From the NCBI RefSeq assembly GCF_002571385.2, contig NW_019217867.1:67885-131884 (forward strand): a stretch of DNA of 64,000 bases, given 5' to 3'. Below the pieces are notes generated by a model, which was given only the letters and a program-made list of their open reading frames with translations, made no database searches and was not told the DNA's origin. Of this stretch, positions 9,701 through 19,031 are shown piece after piece. The number at the start of each line of letters is the position of its first letter. Within the stretch, counting starts at the first letter, position 1. The stretch is from Stylophora pistillata. Lineage: Eukaryota. A program made the position numbers and the translations under genes.

Positions 9701-12700
9701 GACATGCTCACACATGAATCTCTCTCAAGGCCTCATTAGTGAGTTCTTGACTGTGTATGACTTCATACTCAATCTGGATGTTATTCAGTTCATAAACAAG
9801 TTTTGTTGGGAAGGATTCCTTCACAACACTACTATCAGACACAAGTTCAAGCTTGAAGAGAAGCTCCTGGGGAAAAGACTCCATGATCCTTCAGAATCTT
9901 ATGGTCCATTGGAATCCTATACTTGTTTTTATGAACTTCATCAAGCTTCTTCTCTTAGTCAACACCTGAAGTCATCTTATCCCCAACATTGCATCTGATC
10001 TTTGAAAGATCTACAGATTTTGACTACCTTCTCTGGACATACTTGCTCTCTTACTTTCAGTCAAGAAGAGGTCCTAATGTAGCTTGAATAGATCACAACC
10101 AACAATGTCCTTTGCGATTTGTCCTGCAAACTTCACAGTGAGTAGATCAGCCAGAGCTATTGATACGTTGTTTGCAAGGAAATTGTTTGCAAGCCCACTT
10201 ACTGCCAGGTTGAAGATGAGTAAGAGTGAGCAAAGCACAATTACTACCCCATCATCCAGCCTTGGAACTAGGACTTTAAGGACCTCAGTTGTGGAAGGAT
10301 TTAGAGTGAGCTTGATGGGAAATCCTCCTATTCCAAGTGCTCACTTCACATCATGACATCACATCAATGATGATTTACATTACAAATGCAGATAGATTTT
10401 AGATTAAAGAAGACTTGTGATTGTCAAAAAGAACTTGAAAGTGAAATTTCTCATTACCACCAGGTTGCCTGTGGTTTTAACAAAGTGAAGTCCACATGTC
10501 ACACAACATTTATGGCCACTGGTGTCATGGCAGCTGCACTCACAACAAGCAGTCTGGGAGTTGCTCTGAGCAGGATCATGATGGGAATTCCTTTTATGGC
10601 AGCTGTAGCATGTTTAGCTGGTCTTTTTAGCTTCATTTTGGCTGCAGTTACTGTTGGAATTAAACAACTTAAAATAAAATAAAAATAAATAAAAAATGAG
10701 AAAACTAATGCTCTTGCTTATAGGTAGAACACCTGTCAGTCAGTAGACTGATTTCAAAGGCAATGGATGATCATTCAATCTCTGATGCTGAGTTCAACCA
10801 AGTTCAAGTTGTGAAAGAGATTGATCAGTTTTATTTATTTGTGATTGACTGACTGAATATTCAAGAGTAGTTGTAGGCAGCTGATTGGCTTATTTTTTGC
10901 CCATAATTAAACCATTTGGTCAAAAAGTTGGTTAATTCTTTTGGTTTTGGTTTTGGTTTTGGTTAAAGATGCCTTCTTTGGAGGAACTAACAATGAGATT
11001 TCAAGTGACCTGTGAAAAAGCACAAAATTCAATTGAAGTGGTTGAATTCCACATGAGAGCAACAACTGTTAACTTTTGATATATTAATAAAGGGACATAC
11101 TCTTGCAAGTTTGAAGAGTACAAGAGGTTTCTTTGAATGGAGAAGACCAAGGGGAAATTGGAAATGGGGTTAAAAAGAAAGGATGATGTAAATACTTTGA
11201 AGAAGGAATTAAAGCACAACCACCAAAAAAGGATTAGTCAGCAAGCAACCCAAATTTGAAGAGGGAAATTAAATTGAAACTGAACTGTGAGGGTTTGAGT
11301 AAGGAAGTATGATTAATTATAAAATTATACCAAAAAAAATAAATGTGAAATTAACCACAGATAACTGTTGTAAAATATAAAATGTATGATATTACGTCAG
11401 GCAAGAAGTAAATTGTAAAATTACCTGTTTGTTGCATCAGACAATTAAAATTTTTCGCTCTCAATTTTTTTGTCTGATGTATACCTCGAGATTTTCAACA
11501 TCATAATTATTTGATTCTCATGAGAGTCACTCCAAATGTTTTACAGATATGATTCTTCATCTCCTCTCTCTTTCTTTGCCTTGTGAATTGCTTGTATGTC
11601 TCATGAAATGGATTTTGGAAATTCATAATGTTGAATACCCTCATATTCAAATGTTAATTTAAGCCCCTCAGTAAAACCATCTAATTCAAGACAAAAACTT
11701 CTGTGTAATTTAAAAGCCATGAGGGCCTGCAAGGGTTTCATTAATGTTTTCTGTGGGAGGGCAACTGGTTTTCACAGGCGGGCAAAACTCTTTGAACTGA
11801 ACTTCTTTATAAGATAAACTTTCCTCCAGATGGTCAAATCAGGTGGGCAAAGCCGTCCTCACAACCGGTCAATTTGCCCGGTGCCTGGCCCTTAATGAAA
11901 CCCCTGGGCCTGACAATTAGAATTTTGTCATTAAAATATTCTCCAAATTATATTTGTGCACCTTTCTTTAATAAATTGTTTTGCCATTTTTTTAAATTAA
12001 ATAAAAAGAATTAAATTTCTCCTACAAACAGTTTTTTTTGTCTGATCTCCTCTAAAAGAAAGGCCTCTGATGATCTACTGCATATTTAACAGTGGAAGAA
12101 TTTGATATTCCACAATCCTTTGCAGCTTTTTTGAGTGTGTCATATGCTACACAAAACCCTGTTTCATCACTCACTTCAACCTTCTGTCTCTTGTCCAAAG
12201 TGCAATACACTGCACGAAAAAACGGATTTACATCATATTTGTGCAGTGGAAATCTGAGAAAATTTGGTGCAAACATATAGCAAATACAGAGCATTGTGAT
12301 GGTAAATGCCACATTTGCTCATACATTTGCTACCCGGTGCAAATGTATGAGCAAATATGGCATTAATACCACCGTTGCTTTATATTAATTTTGCTATATA
12401 TGTTTGCACCAAATTTTTTTAGATTTGCACTAAGCAAATATAGTGAGAGTCCATTTTTTCGTGCAGTGATAGCCAAGTATTGCTTTCAATTCTTTGTTGC
12501 GAATCTTGTTTCTGTACTTTATTCCACAGCCTCTGACATTTTCCCTGAATTCTTAATGAGCATATTGGAATTAAATTATTGTTCTCCATTTTAATATGTT
12601 AATTTTTCTATTTTGTAATAAAAAAAATGGAGAACCAAAAATAATGTTCCAGAACGGTGCATCACAACAATGCTTAATCCTGTTGAGAAAATGCAGAAGG

Positions 12701-15700
12701 GATCTCCAAACTTCTCCCCAAACAATCTGATCAACTAAATTGGGCTGAAATCTGCTTCCCAGTTCAGCCTCACACGACAGGTAAATAAAAAAAGCAGAAT
12801 GATTGTATTGCAGTAAAGGTGTTTGGTTTTAATGATCAGTGATGAAAACAATACTGGGAGCAACCTGAAGGGGTATCAATTTACTTCTCATAGACCAGAG
12901 GCCATCCAAAGGTGGTGAAATGGTTAAAATCAAGGTTGTCTCAAAAATGAGTCAGAATCCCTGTTAGTACTAAAAAGTATAATGGATTTTTAGCAGACAA
13001 CACAGATATCTGGTTGTTTTTTACTTTTTACAATAAGAGTAAGGCTTCCATTGTGCTTTTATCATTGCTGATATTCAGATCCAGCCCAAGGTGGAGGAGA
13101 TCCTCGATGGTAACAAGCTTGATGCAATAATCTGTGTTGCGGGTGGATGGGCTGGTGGAAGTGCCAAAAGCAAAGGTAGAGTAAAAGTCACACAGATTGG
13201 CCCATGACACCAGAGCCTTGCTAGTTCCTGCAGAGTGGAATGTTAATGCCTTTTAAGTTTGTGTGTGTGTGTGTGTGTTTTTTGCCAACTTTTTAATTCC
13301 TATAATGTTGTAAGAAAGACCTCAATGTCACAGTATTTCAGTATTGAGGAAAGTTGTTAGTAGTACTCTAACCCCTCCCTCAGGAAGATGGGAATGTTTT
13401 TTTAGCACATCTCTTGCACCAAAGACAAGGCCATATTTTTTAAACCTTCTGATAACTGGTACAGCTTTGGAGGTCACGGGGGTTTGCAAACCTTCCTGGT
13501 CACAGCAGGACATTTACCAGCAACTATAGATAAGACATGACAGGTTTTTTGTTGTAAGTGCATGTGGTGGTGAGCATTTCTCCTCTTGTATTAGTTGAAT
13601 CACTGTAACAAATTAATTCATCCTAGTGCACAGAACAGTGACCATGCTTATGCTGCCTTCTTTCAAGTGAGATTATCTAATAACAATTTTTGAACATGAA
13701 GGACACAATTTGATAGTTAGAATCAATTCATGCAAAAAAGAAAACAAAAACAAAAAAATCAGCCACTGAATAATTTCATGTTCAGTTTGCATGTTTGCTT
13801 CAATTTGTAACCTAGCTGAAGTGTTGTTTTTTTATGTAACAGCTGTTGTCAAGAATGCAGACTTGATGTTCAAGCAGAGTGTTTGGACCTCTCTTATTTC
13901 TGCGAGTATTGCCTCTAAACATTTGAAAGAGTAGGTATTGGGCCACATTTAAACACTGCAAAATGGCAAATGCTATTCTTTTTAAATATTTCTCTCCATG
14001 CAGGTTCTTTTTTTCTTTTTTTTTCTCAATAAGCCATAATCTCATAACAGGTGCTTAGTTCCTCTTTCCAAGGTAACACTATAGTTTTTCTCTGAATCAG
14101 ATGAAATGGTAAAAAAGTGAGTGTGTCAACTTATTTTTTTGGCAGAGTACTTTTGAATCACACCACAATCTAAGTTCAGAAAAGGAGATAGTTATCAGAT
14201 GGTTTCTGTTGAACCTGTGGTTATCAAAACTAAAATGTGGAATAGCAAAAATAATTAAAGAATTTAAGGCAAGTAGATCTAAAGATTATGGTCACTTAAC
14301 TTAGGAAACTTCTAAATTAATTCAAAGCATGAGTTTTAAAGGTGTAAAAGGGGTGGTCCATAGTTTTACAATTCATCTCTCTAACTTATCTTTCCTTAAT
14401 TTCAGGAATGGTTTGTTGACATTAACCGGAGCTCAGCCTTCACTGGGAGCTACACCAGGTAAAGCTGCTTCCTTTTGTTGACCATGTTTTAATTGGAACA
14501 AATATACCTTTGGAAAACTTTGCTGTCGCAGATGACATTGCTCTGACTATGAAATGTTGATCAAGTGGACTGGATACTAAACTGGTTTGTCTGGACTAGA
14601 GCATGGCCCCATCACTGGGATGTTTTCTTGGTAAACAGCTCACACCCTCTTTACTTTTGAGCCTGTCTCCACAGAAATTGGGATAGGTTGCATTACAGGA
14701 AGTGCTCCAGCTTGCCTCTCCAAGTTGATCTATAAACTCTATCCTTTAGGCCCATACCCACTCTGATAAAATGTACTATAATTTTCTCATATAATTTCAG
14801 TTTTTTCACAGTTGCCTTTTTCAAACCCCTGCCCCACCTATCTCTCTTCCTCACCCCCCCCCCAGCCACCTGTCACATTTAAGGAGCTAGCTACCCCTTG
14901 TGGGGGTAATATCAAGGCCTCGTTGCAAAGCTTCATTACCATCATCCTGTAAAGAGATTCCTGAATTCACTGAGTTGCATTTTTATAATCAATTTGTCTG
15001 TTTTTTTTTTCTTACAAAATCAGCGCACAGGATTAAATTCAATGTCTTTATCATTATCATTTGTTATTAAATTGCCAAAACCAAATAATGCATTTCTAGT
15101 GTTCCTATTGGTTTGCTCAACTGTGGTTATCAGCTCATATATTCCAAGTCACTTTATATGGAAATTCATTGTGCCCTATGTTGGGGGACTCAAACAAAGC
15201 CATACAAAGGCATACGCAATTGTTCAGTATTTATTGAAATTTAATAAATAAATTATTTCATTCTCAAGCTGATTGGATACAGGATTGGTTATTGGCAACG
15301 TGGCGCGATGCACCTCGTTGGCTTTTTACCATCTCACATCCAACGCATGCTCAAGGAATAATTTTTAATTATAGGGATGTTGGGTTATGGTATGGCCAAG
15401 GCTGCTGTGCATCAACTTGTTAAAGGACTTGCTGACGAGAAAGGAGGTCTGCCAACCAATGCATCTGTTCTGGCTATCTTACCGTAAGTTTGGAAGCTTA
15501 AGTTTTTGAAGATTACACTATTATCTGATGGCAGGTGGGAGACAAGATATCCAAGTGGTATCCATGACCTCTGCATTATCATTTATCATAATATGGTATG
15601 GGTCCCAGTGGTTTCATTGTGTTTTCACAGCGCATCTCTCCACCCAGGGGTGTAATTGACATACTGTCAGGGAAACCTGACAATATGTTAGGAAGGGGGT

Positions 15701-16718
15701 TGGTAGATTGTTTGTAACGGGCGACCATCCCATTAAGAAGGAGTGGACCTGCTTGTTGTTGCTCATGCCGTCTTCAAGACCTAGAATAAGCAGTGAAGGG
15801 GTTCTTGTTGGTTACTTGGCCTATTGACTTAGATCTCTAGTTCTTACACCAAAAAAAATTTCAATCAACGACAGGGGAATATTTTTCTTGGAGCGCATGA
15901 CAGAATGTCAGATAGTGAAGGAAGTGTTATTTCCTTGCATCGTGATCTTTTGTGAAATTTTTACGCGGTCGTTCTTCAATTAGTGTATTATTCTTACATT
16001 TACCTCCTGAAATGTTTTCCTTGTTTCACTAGACACTGTTAGTCAACCCTCAGTCTCGAGAAAATGATAGAACATGACACAAGTTGCAGATAGGACGCTT
16101 TTACATATCTTCCAGTTGGGAAATCCCGAAAATTGATCAAAGTTTATTGTGTTAAGTATTTAGCATTGACAAGTTTCCGTTTGACTTTCAAGTGCGAGCT
16201 GCGTTTTTCTTCTCTCAACAACAGCATGACATTAGACACACCAGGTAACAGAAAGGGAATGCCTAATGCTGACTTCAATCAATGGACACCCCTAGAGTAT
16301 GTTGCCAAGTAAGGGTATTATTATTTGATTGTATTTAATAGAGCTTTTATTCGAAAGGCAACCGTACAAAATTTGCTCGAGCAGCACTGATAGTTTCTTA
16401 TTGATTCTAAACTGTTAATAAATGCTTTTCGATGAAGGTAAAGTTTCTCTTAAAAAGTCCTATTATTCCAAAAGGATTTTTTACGTCAACCTTGTGATAA
16501 AAATGCTTTAAATCAGGGAAAATAAAATCAGTCTCTATAAATCTGCAAAATATTACTATTTCTGCCTATAAATCTTTACCATTCATCACTGCTTGGTAAC
16601 TAGCTTTTGTCCGGTTATTGATACATATGTTGACCTAGAATAGGTTTCGTAGGTCAACTCTTGTAATTGAGGCGGAAACCAAGTTGAGGAGAGGATGACC
16701 AAAGTGATTTTTATTTAT

Positions 16719-16765
<47 letters not shown>

Positions 16766-17134
16766 TAACAAGGTAATTTGGTAATATCAACTAAGCTGAA
16801 ATTGTAAATTGGCCACCGTAAAGAGTTAAAAAGCTGACGTTTCGAGCGTTAGCCCTTCGTCAGAGCGAATTTATTTGCCTCCTCCCCCCCTTCCCCATCG
16901 TGCTCTTGTTAAGGGTCTCGTCCGTTTTTCTTTTTATCTTCCGCGCTTCTAGTATTCACCTTACGCTCTTGTTGAGAGCCTTGTGAAGCTAATTCATGTC
17001 GTGTTTGTTTGTTTTGCAGCTTGTTATTTGAATGGACCCAAGGCAGCGATGTTCCACCGAGGGGAAGTTTGGTCAAACTGAACACCCAAGATGGACTCTC
17101 TTCGTATGAAATTCACACCGGCGAACTTCTTTGA
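6707..17134 (+). CDS. QDPR: Dihydropteridine reductase (SDR family), 8 exons, 240 aa
   Basis: Exons 6707-6790, 8702-8794, 13079-13175, 13843-13930, 14406-14458, 15375-15483, 16225-16308 and 17020-17134 join in frame (723 nt). Motifs [43 protein letters not shown] and [12 protein letters not shown] are diagnostic of QDPR. Confidence 0.97.
7719..7830 (+). mobile_element. Penelope-like element terminal-repeat fragment abutting an assembly gap
   Basis: TACGGTGGCCAATTTACCATTTCAACTTTGTTGATATATCCAAATT...CAGTTTCTTTAGAAACT; same subfamily as 33499-33805. Confidence 0.7.
9216..10350 (-). pseudogene. Putative major capsid protein (double jelly-roll-like, Polinton-like/adintovirus-type), disrupted
   Basis: Fragments join through frameshifts and stops into about 380 aa: [47 protein letters not shown]...LTVKFAG...[17 protein letters not shown]...[18 protein letters not shown]...EHVTHLK...[15 protein letters not shown]...[11 protein letters not shown]...YSQGM...LFINLRS...LHCSGLRLV...GVQL. 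The beta-rich pattern resembles a marine-invertebrate family I recall as a virus capsid protein; the fold is inferred. Confidence 0.6.
10386..10850 (+). pseudogene. ApoL-like (gasderminX-type) two-hydrophobic-helix membrane protein of Polinton/adintovirus-like elements, disrupted
   Basis: [20 protein letters not shown]..., a long Gly/Ala-rich hydrophobic hairpin, then after a frameshift [32 protein letters not shown]. The FRL..I...qkeLe.e and ISKAlxDxxIsdeEF motifs match that family as I recall it. Confidence 0.55.
10969..11278 (+). pseudogene. Small basic ORF of the virus-like element, interrupted only by in-frame TGA codons
   Basis: [71 protein letters not shown]...QATQI*; one frame for about 100 codons. 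Confidence 0.45.
11510..11987 (-). pseudogene. PD-(D/E)XK (Vsr/restriction-endonuclease-like) nuclease of large-DNA-virus type, split by a MITE
   Basis: After removing 11730-11912 and allowing frameshifts: [27 protein letters not shown]...[59 protein letters not shown], matching the RPxWLxN...LELDxY...LAxEYxGxQHY...FH...RDxxKxxxC motif string. Confidence 0.7.
11730..11906. mobile_element. 177-bp MITE nested in the virus-like element
   Basis: 15-bp TIRs CAAGGGTTTCATTAA / TTAATGAAACCCCTG, with a 6-bp TSD GGCCTG at 11724-11729 and 11907-11912. Confidence 0.85.
11998..12589 (-). pseudogene. Small DNA-binding protein (Rho-N-like N-terminus plus NUMOD1-like HTH), split by a MITE
   Basis: Removing 12208-12471 restores the frame: [62 protein letters not shown]. 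Confidence 0.5.
12208..12468. mobile_element. 261-bp palindromic MITE with CACTG termini (CMC/CACTA-like)
   Basis: CACTGCACGAAAAAA...TTTTTTCGTGCAGTG; the whole element folds back around a near-perfect central hairpin (12305-12364); 3-bp TSD ATA at 12205-12207 and 12469-12471. Confidence 0.85.
16721..16870 (-). mobile_element. Penelope-like terminal repeat carrying a hammerhead ribozyme motif (QDPR intron 7)
   Basis: Full copy of the dispersed repeat family; the minus strand begins ATTCGCTCTGACGAAGGGCTAACGCTCGAAACGTCAGC. Confidence 0.8.
16833..16866 (-). ncRNA. Minimal type I hammerhead ribozyme motif
   Basis: GCU-CUGACGA-A-GGGC(UAAC)GCUC-GAAAC-GUC^AGC: conserved CUGANGA and GAAA boxes, stem II, stem I GCU/AGC, and palindromic ACGU in place of stem III, as in Penelope-associated dimeric hammerheads. 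Confidence 0.75.
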
Positions 17135-18487
17135 TAGACCTGTGACATCGCTTAAAATAATAATGTTCTTTGATTCCTAAGACAATGAAACAACCGCTTT
17201 TACTGAGAGCTATCAACCAAGACTGAACCAGGATAATCGTTTTAGGAAACTGTACTGCTATAGGGAGAAATTGGAGTCGTAGCTTATCAAGACAGTAGCC
17301 TTTCCAGTTTTAAAGGAAAGTTGATAGGGTGTACTACTACTGTGTATACTAATGTGTGGCTTCAGGTTGACCGCTGAATAAAGTAGGGCACTGTAGGGTA
17401 CCTTTGAGGTACCTGTACAATTCTTAAAAAATCCTTCCTTTCACTTGCATCATTAATGTGGCCACGAGAGACCGTCAAGGGGATGTTACGATTTTATCCG
17501 TTCCATAGGTTTTTTTTTTTAGATTTGTATGATTTTTCTCAGTCCCTTCGTCGTCGTCGTCAAATGGAATTCGGACGTGCCTTTTTTTTTCACGAATAAA
17601 TTTATTTGACTACAGTGGCCCACTCATGTGTGAGCAATTATTGTTTACTGACCAGAACAAAGTCTCCTTCGATCTTTAACCTCGACATCTATGCCTGATT
17701 TTCATCGCAAGAACAAACAGGGTTTCGTTCGCAGGGTAACTATCACAATGCCTCTGGAAAAATGGTGCTGTTTTGTGGTTCTACAATGCAAGCACTCCTG
17801 TCGGGACCCTTCTATAAAGTGTCCACCTTCAATCAAAGATTTGCTCTCTATTGAACTAGAAAACATTCTCCTTCATGCTTGTCTTTGATATCTACTTTGA
17901 AGTAGCAACTCTGTTCAAACAGGGTGTGCCATTTCTGGTCCCGGATCCCGAGGCTATTCCCAGTTTGTAGTTAAGATGTAAATAGCGTACCCATTTCACA
18001 GAAACGTTTATTCATATCTGGAATACCTTGATAAAGTAAAATTGGTGATACACCTAAATTACTGTTTACAATTCTACACACTCCACGCTACTTTAAATAG
18101 TAGTTATTTTAAATAGACGTTACGACTTTAGAAAATATTGATAGGTTTCAAATATAAAGTGAAACTTATACTCATTGATTTCTTACCAGTCGCTGGGTTA
18201 CTTCCAGAAACTTCGAGAAAATGCTCTATCTTGCATGTGTGATCAAATACTACCGTGATGTACGTATTTGAATAGTTATGGAGAGGTTTGCCCTTTCACA
18301 GCTCTCGTTACGCGTATAGGTTCAGTAGTTTCTGGGGAAAAAAAGGGAACCAGAGGGTCGCATTGTAGGTTGCATTGTAGAACCACAAAGAGGGTCGTCA
18401 AAATTTTGCTTTGAGAACTTTTAGTGTCTGTTCGATAAATTCACTAAATCTAATCCTCTTGCAATTCATGACCCCAGTTTGCTTTAG

Positions 18488-18800
18488 TAGAACAATACGT
18501 TCAGTCAAATTTTCATGGTTACTGACCTAGAAATTCTAAAAAGCGCCATTCCAGTAATCGAAGTTGTTAATACGAATTACGTTTTGGTTTCAAAATCATT
18601 AAGGGAAAAATCCCAGATTTCAAGCGGTCACATGAAAGGTTTTTAATAGAATAATACGTTCAGTAAAATTTCCATGGTCAGTAACTTCCTGGAAATTCTA
18701 AAAAGCGCCATTCTAGGAATCGAAGTTGTTCATACGAATTAAGTTTTCGTTTCAAAATCACTAGGGAAAATTCCCAGATTCCAAGGGGTCACATGAAAGG
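18488..18800. repeat. Diverged tandem duplication, about 159-bp unit x2
   Basis: TAGAA(C/T)AATACGTTCAGT...AAAAGCGCCATTC...GGTCACATGAAAGG starts at both 18488 and 18647. Confidence 0.9.
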
Positions 18801-19031
18801 CTACTGATGCTTATCGCTCTAATAGGCGACCATTCCATTCCGTAGAGTAATTTCTAAAATTAAAGTTTAGTAACATCGAGGAGTTTGAATCAAAGCTACA
18901 CTTTCGACCACGATGAAAGCAAAGTTACCTTAATGCATTCTCTTCACCTTGTGTCTAGGAGATTAAATGTGACCCATCAGCAATATTTATCGATATTAGT
19001 TTAAAACTATCTATTTCCGTCTCACAGTTAA

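Larger units (their letters stand above)
8863..12961. mobile_element. TIR-bounded, decayed endogenous virus-like element in QDPR intron 2
   Basis: 38-bp inverted repeats GGGATTCTG(G/A)CTCATTTTTGAGACAACCTTGATTTTAA at 8863-8900 and 12924-12961 (1 mismatch) enclose tightly packed, intronless, frameshifted ORFs on both strands. Confidence 0.85.

Noticed and set aside
10084-10356. Plus-strand ORFs 10084-10356 and 9699-9998
   Set aside because: Antisense shadows of the minus-strand capsid-like pseudogene.
10939-10962. (TTTTGG)4 as a telomere-like tract
   Set aside because: Only four units, not the animal TTAGGG repeat; treated as a microsatellite.
12391-12594. ORF resembling a paralogue of 12052-12312
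   Set aside because: The similarity comes from the two arms of the palindromic MITE.
8863-12961. Calling the element a canonical Polinton/Maverick
   Set aside because: No pPolB, integrase, packaging ATPase, long TIRs or 6-bp TSD is visible; kept as an unclassified virus-like element.
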